In this document: piece by piece, positions 23,314 to 35,989 of the stretch
Layout: each line of letters begins with the position of its first letter
Numbering within the stretch: position 1 is the first letter of the stretch
Source: Eukaryota sp. TZLM1-RC
Taxonomy: Eukaryota; Protista; Metamonada: BaSk clade
Length of the DNA stretch: 64,000 bases
Direction of reading: 5' to 3'
NCBI GenBank assembly: GCA_040285825.1
Contig: JAUPSS010000004.1
Coordinates: 2,522,550-2,586,549, forward strand
The notes under the pieces: generated by a model
Told to the model about the DNA's origin: nothing
Databases searched by the model: none
The model's input: the letters and a program-made list of their open reading frames with translations, nothing else
Translations under genes and position numbers: made by a program

Positions 23314-23602
23314 GAATCAACACTTAGCTTATACTACACATATACTTGAATCACCAAGCATGGTGCTTCTACTATTCTTTTCCTTTACAAAAGTATATAC
23401 GAAATTTTCTAGGAGAAAGATATTTATTTTCTATATTTAGGTGCTTGAAACGCTAGTTCTTTACAGATGGTCTTCTTTGCAGATGTGACTGTTACCGGCA
23501 TCGACAGGCTATACATTCACAAACAGAAAACAGTATGGGTTGTCTCAAGTTAACAAATGACAAATGTCTTTTGACCCATTTTGACCTCCCACTTTTTGAG
23601 TT
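23314..23602. repeat. Unclassified dispersed repeat (segments A and B contiguous)
   Basis: Contains both segments that bracket the RLE copy at 15960-18620. Confidence 0.7.
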
Positions 23603-23635
23603 CACAACACAACTCGTCAACATTCTTCTGTTACT

Positions 23636-25335
23636 ATGAGCAACCCTGCTGAAATTCTCCGCAATCCTCTCACCAATAAGGATCTTGGTTTTTCTATCGA
23701 AGAACGCAAGGCCTTAAAAATTGATGGTTTTCTCCCACCTGCCGTAGAAACCATTGAGCAGCAAGTTGAACGTGCTTACAAGCAAATGAGCACACTCTGT
23801 AACACTCAATTAGAGAAGTTTATCTTCTTGAGACACTTGCACGACTCTAACGAAAGATTATTCTTTGCCCTTGTCCTTGCTCACACCATCGAGTGCCTGC
23901 CACTTGTTTACACTCCCACTGTTGGTGAAGCCTGTTTGAAGTGGAGTCAGATCTGGCCATCCAAGACTCGTGGTCTTTACCTCACCAAAGAACATAGAGG
24001 TCGCATTGCTGAAGTTTTAGATATCTACGCGATCGATCGTCCCGATATCAAGATCATTGTCCTCACTGACGGATCTAGAATTCTCGGTCTAGGTGACATT
24101 GGTTTGTGCATTTTGTGCATCACTCACCTCAGGATGTAATGGAATGGGTATCCCTATCGGAAAACTTTCTCTTTATACTGCTGGCGCTGGTTTTGATCCT
24201 GCTGTCTGTCTTCCAGTAATGATTGACACTGGCTGCACCAAGGAAGATGTCATCAATGATCCTCACTATATTGGCCAACGTATTCCCAAGCAACAAGGAG
24301 ATGATTTTTATGGTCTAGTTGATGAATTCCTCAATGCTGCGGACAAGAAATGGCCAGGTGTTGTCCAGCAATTTGAAGACTTTTCCAACAACACTGCCTT
24401 CCCCTTGTTGAATAAGTATCGTGAACAGATCTGTTGCTTCAATGACGATATCCAAGGTACTGGTGTTGTCATTGCAGCTGGTGTAATCAATGCCCTCAAG
24501 GCTGCAGGTCGTGCACTCCCTGATGAACGCATCGTCTTTTTCGGTTTGTTTTCCTTTCTTCTTTCTCACATCAGGAGCCGGTTCAGCTGGTGTTGGTGTT
24601 GCTGATGTAATTGTTGACGTCATGGTCAAGGAACACTCCATTTCTTACGAAGAAGCACGCAGAAAGTTCTATCTCATCGACTCTGAAGGTTTAGTTACCA
24701 AGTCTCGCCAAGGAAGACCCCTTGCTGTTCACAAAGTCCCTTATGCCCATGAATCTGTTCCTCAAGAATGTAAGTCTCTTATGGAAACTGTCAAGATGGT
24801 CAAGCCAACTATGCTTGTTGGTCTTGGTGCTCAACCAAGAGTTTTCACTCAAGAAGTTGTTGAAGAAGTCATGAAGCACTGTGACCGCCCCATTATTATG
24901 GCCCTCAGTAACCCCACCACCAAGATGGAAATCACTGCCGCTGATGCTTATACTTGGACTAAGGGTAAGTGTATTTACTTCTCTGGTTCTCCTCAACCCA
25001 AATTTGAATATGAAGGTAAGACCTTTGTTCCAGGTCAAGGAAACAACATGTACGTTTTCCCTGCTCTCGGAATGGGTCTTTCCTTAGTCAAGGCAACGAA
25101 ATGTACTGATACCACTTTGTATGTTGTTGCCAGAGCTCTCGCTGATGTAACTCCTCAAGAAAACATTGATCAAGGTAATATGTATCCCTGCCTTTCCAAG
25201 ATTAGGGAGATTTCTCGTCATTTAGCAGCTCGTGTTATGAAGAACGTTTTTGAAGAAGGAAACTCACTTTTGGACAAACTTCCTGAAGATTTGGAAGCTT
25301 TTGTTGAAGCTAATCAATGGATTCCCACTTATTAA
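23636..25335 (+). CDS. Malic enzyme (NAD(P)-dependent, decarboxylating); exons 23636-24101, 24133-24543, 24575-25335
   Basis: VYTPTVG, TDGSRILGLGDIG|CNGMGIPIGKL, QFEDF, FNDDIQGTG, FFG|AGSAG, LSNPT and GQGNNMYVFP; two 31-nt introns restore the frame. Confidence 0.96.
24102..24132 (+). other. Spliceosomal intron, 31 nt
   Basis: GTTTGT...CTCACCTCAG; removal restores GDIG-CNGMG. Confidence 0.93.
24544..24574 (+). other. Spliceosomal intron, 31 nt
   Basis: GTTTGT...CTCACATCAG; removal restores the GAGSAG nucleotide-binding motif. Confidence 0.93.
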
Positions 25336-25836
25336 ATTGTTTATATTTCTTGTTTATATAAATTTTGTTGATCATTGCATTGGTTCAAGTATCTGAACAA
25401 ATTTACACATCTTTTGACATGTTTAAAACTGTATTTAGTTTCATTGTTCAATGATCAGTTACGATTTACTGATTCAAACTGAAACCAATGGTATTTATTC
25501 ATTAATTGGAAAACTTATTGCACATCTTTGAAGAGCTGTTGTCAAAATTGTTTCTAAAGTAAACATCAATACTGCAAGTCAAGTCTGATTTAACAAACTG
25601 AAAAGCGTCAATAATAGAAGGTTATTGAAGTTGAACACATTGGATTTTTACCGAAAGGTTTATCATCTAGCCCTAGAAATAAGAACAAGCATAAGATAGT
25701 CATATGATCGGGAATTAATGATCATTTTAAAAAATATTCTATTTAAATGAATAAGGCAAAATCATGATGTTCATTTTCCTCAAATCCCAACACTTCATCA
25801 ATACTGATCCAAGTGCCAACTAAATAACACACTATC

Positions 25837-26535
25837 ATGGGACATCCTGAAACTATACTTAAAAGACGCAAGACTCTCAATAGAATGAGGGCTGAAGCCT
25901 TGGAGAGAGAACATCTCAAGCGTATCGCAGCTGAACCAAAACCTAGCCTGCGATTTAAGCGTGCCGAGTACTTTGTCAGCGACTTCCGTAACGTAGAACG
26001 TGAGTCCTTCCGTCATAAAAAAGTATCGAAAAGCAAGTGCAAAGAACCGATACCTGACGACACAAAGGTTCTTTTAGCTATCCGGATACCAGGTCCCTCC
26101 GCCATCCATCCCAACAGTCTCCGTATCCTGCAGAACTTACGTCTAAAGGAAGTGTATTCCGCCGTGTTCATCAAGCCCACCACGAAACAGATCAACCTCC
26201 TTCGATCTGTTGAAGCTCACATTATATGGGGTGTACCAAGCATTGATACCGTCAGAGAACTTGTTCTTAAAAGAGGATGTACCATCATTAAGAAGGAGAG
26301 AATACCTTTACATGACAATAGACTGGTGGAGGAACATTTAGGTTCGTCTGGCCTCATTTGTGTTGAAGATATCATTCATGAATTAGTTACAGGTTCTGAT
26401 AACTTTCCAAAGGTTTCATCGTTCCTTGCACCTTTCAAACTCCATGCGGCTAAGTCTGAAACCGGTAAAGATGAGATTTTCAAGGGAGGATTTATAAAAG
26501 AGGAGCTTGATTCTATTGTTGCTCGTCTGCTTTAG
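25837..26535 (+). CDS. RLP7: uL30/RPL7-family protein, most likely ribosome biogenesis paralogue RLP7/RPL7L1
   Basis: PETILKRRK, FKRAEYFV, ILQNLRL, WGVPSIDTVRELVLKRG, DNRLVEEHLG..GLICVEDIIHE, FLAPFKL. Confidence 0.8.
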   Translation: MGHPETILKRRKTLNRMRAEALEREHLKRIAAEPKPSLRFKRAEYFVSDFRNVERESFRHKKVSKSKCKEPIPDDTKVLLAIRIPGPSAIHPNSLRILQNLRLKEVYSAVFIKPTTKQINLLRSVEAHIIWGVPSIDTVRELVLKRGCTIIKKERIPLHDNRLVEEHLGSSGLICVEDIIHELVTGSDNFPKVSSFLAPFKLHAAKSETGKDEIFKGGFIKEELDSIVARLL

Positions 26536-26949
26536 TTTTTAGTATTTTAGTTTAATTTGAAAATAAATAGTTTAATTACTGTGTATTGTGGCATATATAT
26601 TTAATCTTAATTTTTGTATAAATTGAACTCTGCAATCTTCATAGTATGTATTTAATAAGTTAACAAAATCCAACTCGATCTTAAGAAGATGCAAATAGAG
26701 CATTACGAAAGGGCCTGTGTAACAGAAGAGTTTTGTAATTATGTTATTCATAATCAACATGACTTAAATTAGAATAGATCTTCATCAAAAAACTGGTTCA
26801 TAAAGTAAATAAAATAAAAGCCTAATTCTTATATTATTTGTGTTCAATAGGCAATGTGTGCAAGAGGAAGAGAGTAAATGTTGTGGTGGGGTTAAAAAAT
26901 AGGTTGAGACTTCCCATTTAACCTTCTCTCATTCTTATCTCTTACACAT

Positions 26950-27672
26950 ATGGCAGGAACTTCTTCAGATTACTCTTTCAGTTTAACTACATTCAGTCCT
27001 AGTGGAAAACTTGTACAAATTGAACATGCATTAGCCGCCGTTGCTGCAGGTGCTACCGCCCTTGCGATCCGTGCCGTTGATGGTGTGGTTATTGCTGCAG
27101 AAAAGAAAATACCAGGACCTCTTCTAGACGATTCTTCGATTCAGAAAGTTATTCGTATTTCATCGTCGGTGGGTGTTGTGTATGCTGGTATTGCACCCGA
27201 TTCACGCGTTCTGGTCAATGCCGGTAGGAAAGCAGCTGTGGCGTATGAACAACAATACGGAGAACCCATGCCCACTCGCCTAGTCGCGAGGAGGTTAGCG
27301 GAAGTCATGCAAGAATACACACAAAGTGGAGGTGTTCGTCCTTTTGGTATTTCTCTCTTGGTTTGTGGTTTTGACGATGCTGGTCCTCAGCTCTTCCAGG
27401 TAGATCCTTCCGGTTCTTTCTGGGCATGGAAAGCTACTGCCATTGGTAAAGCTCAGCTCAATGCAAAGACATTCCTCGAAAAACGTTACAAAAATGATAT
27501 TCACACCGAAGATGCCATTTTCACTGTTCTTTTAGCCCTCAAAGAAGTCTATGATGGTCCAGTCACCAATAAAAACATTGAACTTGGGCTGGCAACTGAA
27601 AAGGATGGAGTTTCACAGTTTAAGAAGTTTACCCCTGAAGAATTGGAGCAATACTTGACTCAAATAGAATAG
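26950..27672 (+). CDS. PSMA2: 20S proteasome subunit alpha type-2
   Basis: YSFSLTTFSPSGKLVQIEHAL, MQEYTQSGGVRPFG, QVDPSGSFWAWKATAIGK, KTFLEKRY. Confidence 0.97.
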   Translation: MAGTSSDYSFSLTTFSPSGKLVQIEHALAAVAAGATALAIRAVDGVVIAAEKKIPGPLLDDSSIQKVIRISSSVGVVYAGIAPDSRVLVNAGRKAAVAYEQQYGEPMPTRLVARRLAEVMQEYTQSGGVRPFGISLLVCGFDDAGPQLFQVDPSGSFWAWKATAIGKAQLNAKTFLEKRYKNDIHTEDAIFTVLLALKEVYDGPVTNKNIELGLATEKDGVSQFKKFTPEELEQYLTQIE

Positions 27673-28384
27673 ATTTTGTTTATAGAATGGCCAAATAAAG
27701 TGGTTTTGTGTCTTTTTTAGTAATTGGTGGTTGAATTCTCTACTGGAGAACAAAACTTTGTGCTCAAGAATTTGAGGACTACAATGGCAAAGACTCTGAA
27801 CAACATTTGTAGACACTTAGCCTAAATGTTTGTGCTATTTGCTTAAACAAGATGATGGTTGGATCTTTTTCATCCAAGTCAATTCACTCATGTTTAAAAA
27901 CAATGCTCTTTTGTTTGGTTGATGCAGATTCTTCGAGTTCTTTTGGTCGAAACAGGAGCGATTTCTGGTTTGAAAAGTTTGAAGAAATCATCATTATTGC
28001 TGATTTGAGATTTACTGACATTTGATATTTTTGAAAAGTTGGGCACAGTCAAAAAATCATGAAACCCCTGTGTGTTGTTGAAAAAATTGAAGTTGATAAG
28101 TATTCACTGTTGTTCTGTTTAAATGTCGAATTTCACACTCATTATATGCTTTGTCATTATGCTTTCTCCTTACAGTGCTCCCTTGGACCATATTACACTC
28201 ATTATATTTTGAAATGTATTCACGTGATAAACCGACAGAAATTTGTCTTATAAATAATCTTATAGAAAATAGCATTATAGATAGGGATCACAGTTTTTAA
28301 CAAAGATTTGAAAATTAATCTGTAAATACAATAAAATAAATAACCTTTAGAATGAGTAATCTATTCATCAATAAAATGCAGCAA

Positions 28385-28505
28385 TGTTGCCGAAAGGCAT
28401 ACATGCTAGCTGAATGTCCTAGTGTGTAATATGGGTTGAGATAAAGATAATTTTATTTAATACTATACTATATATACTAAGGTGCCCACTAGTGAGATAC
28501 CTACA
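28385..28505 (-). repeat. 3' LTR of Gypsy element 1 (121 bp)
   Basis: Diverged direct repeat of 35049-35168; TG/CA ends. Confidence 0.9.
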
Positions 28506-31500
28506 CTACATTCTCCCGTTTTCTTAATTGAAATTATGTACAGTTGCTCTTTCGCTTCTTTTGCGGATAACAATTTTGCTAAGGCACGGGGAAAGCCCGA
28601 GCTGCGTTGTTGGATTTAATAGACTGACATTTTCTTTTATTAGGTTTCTTATTAGATCATTGAAACGCTTGTGAGTATCTGATGGAATGGAGTGGTTCCT
28701 TGGTAGCATCTTCGCCAAACCATTTTACAGTACAGAAGGGTCCTTGAGCAGTATTATACTCATCAAGGATTTCTTCGATGACATGTTTACCTGAATCAGT
28801 AGCTGCGATTGCCCTCAGTAGGTCAACATCGTAAGCATCGTCAGCGTAATAAATTTTACAATCCCTCTTAGATACTTTTGTTTGTTCACCAGTCGTCAGG
28901 TTCTTTATTAATAAAGTGGAATTGGAAGGGGTTTTTGAAACCAGATATGGGCCTAGCCAAGATCCATGCAATTTATTAGGTTGTTTAGTCTTTTAAAGAA
29001 TGTAGTCACCAATATTAAATGTGTTTTCATTTGTGTTTTTATTATGGATGGGTGTGTTGGATAAATGGTGATGCTCTTTTTCGTCCTATTTCTTTTGAAG
29101 ACGGTCATTCTTAAACTTGAGATCTTGTAAAAGTGACACATTGGATTCAAAATCGAAAATGCCTCCCATGATGTTAGCAGGATCTGATCTTGGGCTGATA
29201 GATGGCCCAAACATCAGTTTGTATGGAGTGTTATTTGTAATTCTGCTTTTGGTTGAATTAATTAATAGTTGAGTTACAAATACATGTGTGGTCCAAGCAT
29301 CATAGTCGTTTTAGTCTATTAATAATGTCCTTATACATTATATCACATCTCGATGTTTTCTTTCTACCAATCCGTTACTTTCAGAATGGTAAGGAATTGA
29401 ATTAGATACTTCAATTGACATTTTGGCAAATCAATTTAAATATTTCATTGGCGAACTCAGGACCATTATCACTATGTATAGACATATGTATGTCAAGTAC
29501 AGCGCAGACATTCCATGTCAAAGCATCTGCTACTTCTAAGGTATTGAGTTTTTCAAAGGGTACAAGTATCGTATACCTTGTAAATGAATCGACGAAAACT
29601 AATAAATATTTATTTTCATTGTTGTCTTTATTGAGTGGTCCAATTGTATCCACGTTTAATCTTGCGAAAGGGCGATTAGCCCACAGGAAACCAGTTGGGG
29701 GAGTCTTTGATTGCTTTACTGGTGCTGTTTTCTGGCAAGTAGGGCAACGTTCTATATGTTTGATGAGATCTTTTCTCATGTTTGGCCAGTAGAAATCGCT
29801 TTTGGAAAGTTTATGAAGACTTTCGTTTTTCCTAGGGTGGCCTGATTGGGTTAAACCGTGTATTAGGTTGAGTGTCGTTTTTCTTAGTTTGGTTGGGATT
29901 ATCATTTTATTATTATTATTTAACCAGATTTCTGTGTTTTTGCATAGTGTAGCGTTTTTGAATAATGGATCATTATTGCTAATGGCTAGTTGTTGCTCTG
30001 ATCTAACTTTTGAGAGCCAATTTGAAAAAATGGGTAAATCTGGGTGCTTTGCTAATTCGAAAATGTGGATTGGATCTGGATCTTCATAATCAGAATCGTC
30101 ATCGGGGGGTGGTATTTCACCGTGCAAAAAGGGATCATGTGGGTAGTTGATGTGATTTATTTCCGGATTTTCTAAATTTGTATCTATGTTTCTTGACATC
30201 ATGTCAGCCCAGTGATTGTCTTCTCCTTTTTCGTGTACGATATCAAAGTCAAATTCTGATAAGATAGGTAACCATCTTTTGACGATTCTGTTCTTTTCAG
30301 GAGCCGTGGCGAGGAATGCAATATTCCGGTGATCTGTGAAAATGGTCAGATGTCTAGTAATGAGAAAGCTTTCCAGATGACTTTCTGTTAGTATTAATAG
30401 TATCGCATATAATTCTTTTTGTACAGTAGACCAACGCTTTTGAGTATCGGTCAAAATTCTACTGTAAAAGGAAATTGGTTTTACTTTTCTATCTTTGAAT
30501 GTAGTTCCAATGGGTGCACAAGGTGCGACTTCTTGCCAAATGACTGCTCCTACTGCGATGTCAGATGTGTCAGTGCTGATCAGAATGTGTTTGTCTGGTG
30601 AAGGTAATTCCAGAGGCATGTGATTGCTTATGAGTTGTTTTATTTGGTCTAATAGTTGATCGTGTTTGGCTCTCCAATTTACACAAAGTTGTTTGTGTTT
30701 TATTAGCTCATTTATGGGTGCTATTAGATGTGAAATAATTGGGAGCCAATCTCTTATGAAATTGACTGATGCAACTAATGACCGTACTTCTTTGATGGTT
30801 TTTGGAGCAGGTATATGGTATATTGATTAAAACATATATTCGTTTTTTGCTAATTTTTCGTTGTTTGAATTGGAAAGTGCTGCCTAAAATGTCAATTGGT
30901 TGTTTGTCAGTAACGAATTTACATTTTCTCAATCCATTGTTGACTCTTCTACTCCTCGCGCATTGCAGTACCCTCTGTATTCTGTCAAAAAAATATTTTG
31001 AAGAGTTGATTCTATTATGATTATGTCATCTATGTAAATAAATACTCCATTTATTGGAAAAATTTCCATCATTACATTTTGAAAAATTGCTGGGATATTC
31101 TTTGGTCCGAAGCTTGCCCTTTTAAACATGGATCTGCCAAAATCAGAGATAGATGTTTTTCTGTGTCTTTTTCAGCCACTTTCATTTGCCAAAAAGCTGT
31201 TGGGAGATCCAAAGTGGCAATAAAATTGGCCTGACTCAAGAATTGAAAAACATCTATAATTAATGGTAAGTTAGACTCGACCGGAATTGTAAGAGCGTTA
31301 ACTCCATCTTTACCGCTGAAATCGCCCGTCAACCTAGGTGGTCGATCATCAGGGTTTATAACTAAAACTATTCAGGAACTAAACTTGTGGTTCGATTCAA
31401 TTGTATAGCCCATTTCAATCATATCATCAAAAATCTGATTGGCTAGTTGTAATTTTTTTGGGTTGAGGCCCCGAGCTGGTTTGTGTATAATTGTATTAGT

Positions 31501-34500
31501 ATTATAGAAGGGGGATGTCATAGGTGGACAATCGATTCCATCTTTTTTGGGCTTTTCGCTGAATACGTCCTTGTATCGAGCTAATATATCAGACAAACTC
31601 TTATTATACTCACTATCATCTAAATTAATTTCACATCCAGATCTATCCAATTGCTGAGTAAAATCCTCCTCACTGCACGAAGTTGATTCTACGCGACCAA
31701 TTTGGTGAGTTTTAATTCTGTTATAAAATGTGGCTTCAGCATTTAGCAGGGTGCGGCGCTCCTCGTCTAGTAATATAACTAAACGGTCAAATGTCAGTAG
31801 TCCAAGTTGTTGTAACATGTCTACCCCAATTAAAAATTTGTTTGAACCTGGTATATGGGGAGATTATGTTTTATTGATACTTGGTCTGCGATAATGCCGC
31901 CATTGAACGTCAGAATGCTTTGTGCACTTCCAAGCGAATTCGTTGATACGTTGCTAGCAGGGAAGAATTGTGTTATGTCGTTTTCATTTATGGACATTGA
32001 ACACCGATTTTCTGGGTCAAGGGAAATGACAAAACAAAATGCAGCTGTGTCTATCATACCTTTTCAAGACCATATTGTTGATTCTTACCTGAAGTTCTAA
32101 AAACTGAGTCTGCTTGGATTTGTTGTGGTTTTTACAAGGTGCAAATTCATCTACTCGATTACATAAATCTCTTTCTAGGCTAATTATACTCGAATATTTA
32201 TTAATTCTATTAGTATCACAAAAAGAAAGTGGGTTTAACAAGCTTGCTTGAGCCGTATGTTCCAATTGATCAGTTGAATATGTATGGTTCAATTTGGGAG
32301 TATGAAACGTGAATCCACGATACGTATTACCTGATGTACTGCGGCAACCTCGGCCCCTAGGTCTTTATTGGCCTCTACTACGGCCTCTATAAATATTTCT
32401 AAAACTATGGAAACTACCTCTGAATGGTTTACTTCGGCCTCTACTTCTGCCAACGTTTCTACGTTGGTCCATAGGAACCAAAAATCTGGTGCATCCAGGT
32501 TCTTCACACGCTGCTATCACATGGCCTGATTTCTGGCAAAGAGTGTAGAATTTGTGGCCTCCTCTGTAATGCTTTTCCTTCTTCAAATTAAAGATGAATG
32601 AATCGGGTTGACTGGTAATTGTTTTTCCAGCTGAGGTGTGGAAAGCACCTGTTTCTATTTTGGGTCTGGAAGCAGCTTTCCTCAATAGCTGAACCGTGTC
32701 CGTGACTTGGTGCGACTTTCAACCATGTTAGTAAGTCATTCCTAACCTTTCTTGTTAATTAGGGGAATCTCACCAGCTTGTCTTTCAAAAAATTTTCTTT
32801 ACAAAATTCGTCAAAGAGGGGCTCAGTGAAAGCTAAATTGTTGATACCTGTTAAAAAGGCATGTGCCAATGTTGACATTGAAAGTGTGAATACTCCGCTC
32901 GAGTGATCCACATCTTCGATCCTGGCTGATACATCCGTTATGTAAGTAGACATTTTCAGGATGTCCCCAAAATTCTTCAGATATCGCAAATTACCTTTCT
33001 GCGTCTTCGATTGAATTGACCTTGCGCCAGTTGAATTGATGTTTGTAAAGGGCTAATTTGGCGTCTTGGAGCGAGTTGAATTGGCTCCTTCCACAAAAAA
33101 GCAGTAAAATTTTTGAGTCTGTAGGATCCATGCTGAGAATCTGTTGTTGTTTCCAAAATAAAATGGTTTTTGCACTGATGCAACCCGCAATATTTAAAGA
33201 ATTGGTTGTTGCCAAAATGGACCTGAGCAAATCGTATGCATGGATTGAAGGCCCTATTTTACGAATGAAATCGAATTGAGCTGAGAACGTAATTGATCGA
33301 TTTGTTCTTATATTTCAGTTGTATTTTTTTTGCATTGCTAGCAACTGAGATAGACTGTTCACCATGTCAGCGATCTGTTTTTGTTGTTGGGCTGAACTTG
33401 ATTGAAGCATTTTTATTATATCGACATTTGTTGTACCCCCTTTGCCTGTGCTTCCCTAGAGTGCAAATTCCGATAGAAAATGTACTTTTTTCATTTGAGT
33501 TTTTGAAAATTCAAGTCTGGGTGGCTCATGGAGCGTTCCGTGTTCTACAGCCTTTGTTCTGTAATGATATCCAACATGAAATTGTAAATTCAAATCAAGT
33601 ACCTGGCGTGGGTCAAATTCATTTGCAAATAATTGTGACCGTAACGCTAAACGGTCTTGTTTGCTTAGTCCGGGACCTGTTTGATGGAAGGTCGACTCTT
33701 TCAATAATATAGTTGAATGAAAAAATTTAATAGTGAGGACATCCATAGGAATGTTCTGTTTGCCTGGTGTAAACAATTCATCATATTGAAGGTTATGTAG
33801 AGGTTTTTGTTCTTCTTGAATGTTCATTAGGATAGAAGGCCTGAAAGGTCTGATGCTTTCGAAAGGCGTATCCTCAATACCTATGATAGGAGTAACGGTA
33901 AAAGCCTCGTTGTTAACCCATGTTTCTTCAATTTGAAGGTTAAGGTGATTAGGGGGAGATCTGTAAGTGGAAATGACAGCCCTTCTTATATTGACATAAT
34001 CTCGTCTGTAAGTCACTCCCTGCTTCATTTGAATAAATCTGAAAGGTCAAGAAGCGAATCTCATCTCAACGAGTTCAGGATGAAATGTTGATGGGTAGTA
34101 TTCGTGAACATCTTCTAACTACCGTATAATCCTTTCCAGAAGTGCAGTTTTCTTCGTATAATTTGTCGAATCCTGGTCTAACCAGTTTGGGAGAAGGTGA
34201 ACATTCTCAGGTCCGTTTAGTTGACCAGGAAAGTTTCTGCCGTATTCCATAACCTCCGACCACCAATTTTAAAGTTGTAAACGTCAAAGGTGGCTCTTTT
34301 ACCAATAACATTGAATATGTCAGCACAAGGCTTGAACATGATACAATTGTAAGAAAAATCTAGCGGGGATAGTCTTATTTTGTGTTCTGCAGGTCTATCG
34401 GACAATTTTTTGCTTTCTAGGTCGAATGGCGTTTTGGAGTTTTTCAACATTTGTGGAATTAAAGGGAATTTTCTAAAACCGACTATGGTCTCATTTAAGA

Positions 34501-35048
34501 ATTTTTGTCGTTATGCAATTTTCGACGTCTTGGCACAAGGACGAATTTGATGGTAGGAAGTTCTAGGAAGTCCGTTCGCTCCTTTTTTTCGCTCTGTTCT
34601 TTCGCTAATGTGGCGAAAAGCGCTTTTAGCTCTGCACATATGACAGAAGGTCTGTCCTGTAAAGACTGGCCCTTGTCAGGGCTTTGTTAGTTCTTGAGTG
34701 TGCGTTTTGGTTGGATAGGGTTATTTCCGAATGAGCTAGGTGATGAGTGGGGTTTTGTTCCGAACTCGTGTTTTGTGGAGGGAGACGAAGATTCCCACTC
34801 GTATGTTGAGTAGTAATGACACATATTAATGAGGTGAGATTCACCCAAACTCGTTTGAGGAGTAGTGGGGTGAATTACACCCGAACTCGTTCCATGATTT
34901 GGAATACTCATTGTACTCGCTATAATCTTGACACAAGGGTTAGGAGAGTTTTTTCTGAAAGATGTTTGACATACCCCAGACATCTCTTTGCTGTTTACAG
35001 CGTTGTTGCTATTATCTGTTTAAAGTGCCTGATACGCACAATGTTTAT

Positions 35049-35168
35049 TGTTGCTGAAAGGCATAACTGCTAGCTGAGTGTTTTATTTTGTAATATGGGC
35101 TGAGACAAAAATAATTTTATTAATACTATTTTATATATACTAAAATACTCATTAGTGAGATACTTACA
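35049..35168 (-). repeat. 5' LTR of Gypsy element 1 (120 bp)
   Basis: Direct repeat of 28385-28505; followed by TSD GCAA. Confidence 0.9.
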
Positions 35169-35401
35169 GCAATTAGCAACTCATCCTTTTGCTGATACTT
35201 CAAAAGGAAATGATTCAACCAAAAAATCTAAATTTGACAATAACGATACAAGACTCTGATACTGTTTGATTGTATGTCTACCATCTAATTATTGTGTCAT
35301 CGGTGATTTTAACTCACAAATCAGGGCTGTTTGTCTTCTTAATTCATCCCTTTTAGGTTTTTCGAAATAACAGTTAGAACAGGTCTGAATTCAGTCACAA
35401 C

Positions 35402-35588
35402 TGATGCCTGTGGGCTAGGGTTAGACATATGTATAGAGAGAGTAATTTATTACGACGGGAAATGAGCTATAATGAATTTCAATACCATCACTAGTGAGGT
35501 CTCCATGAATAAACAATGAACATTAAGCTAATATACAAGAATAAATAGATAAGTCTATCTACACTCTAGAATAGTGTAAAGACTAACA
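35402..35588 (-). mobile_element. Solo LTR related to Gypsy element 2
   Basis: TGATG...CTAACA ends as in the element 2 LTR; shares GGTTAGACATA and GTAATTTATTAC; 4-bp TSD CAAC at 35398-35401 and 35589-35592. Confidence 0.85.
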
Positions 35589-35989
35589 CAACCAGAAAAA
35601 TTTACATATTGATTTGTGTGCTAAAATATTTTGCAGTAAACAACAGAATGTTCTAGGAAAGGACGTAAGAGGTTAACGAAACTATTGAAAGTTGAACGAT
35701 GTTACCATTTAGGTCTATCGTGTAGTTCGGGGATTTAATAACTTATACAACTGCATAAAATGTGACACAGCGTATCAGGGGTAGATTGACATAATGAGCA
35801 CACACGAGACAATATTTTAAACCATTCAAATATTTTCCGACAAGTTTCCCCTCAATAAAGCTTATCAGCAGCAGGTATTACATTTAAGCAAGAAGTCATT
35901 GCAAATTAAATGATTCTAGGAGGAAGTGTAATACAAGGACAGCCAATGGGGATCAGCGTTCATATCTTCATTTTGAGTTTAATATGACA

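Larger units (their letters stand above)
28385..35168 (-). mobile_element. Ty3/Gypsy LTR retrotransposon 1 with chromodomain-like integrase tail; complete but heavily degenerate
   Basis: TG...CA LTRs at 28385-28505 and 35049-35168; 4-bp TSD GCAA; purine tract inside the 3' LTR; domain order gag knuckle (CQKSGHVIAAC), PR (IDTAA), RT (FIYIDD), RNase H (TDTSD, ELYAI, TDHRN), INT (H..GH..CPTC, DTIGP, SDNGPEF), GPY, chromo-like (VIEEILD...VKWFG). Confidence 0.95.

Noticed and set aside
24308-25087. Overlapping or antisense ORFs over malic enzyme (and similar ones over other genes and TEs)
   Set aside because: Shadow frames of real coding sequence without independent motifs.
27700-28050. Possible decayed fragments of expanded host gene families (also 11340-12110 and 55560-56140)
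   Set aside because: Only vague resemblance with many stops; cannot be supported without a search.
35928-35965. Penelope-like RT motif (QGQPMG)
   Set aside because: Isolated hexapeptide with no YVDD motif or GIY-YIG nearby.
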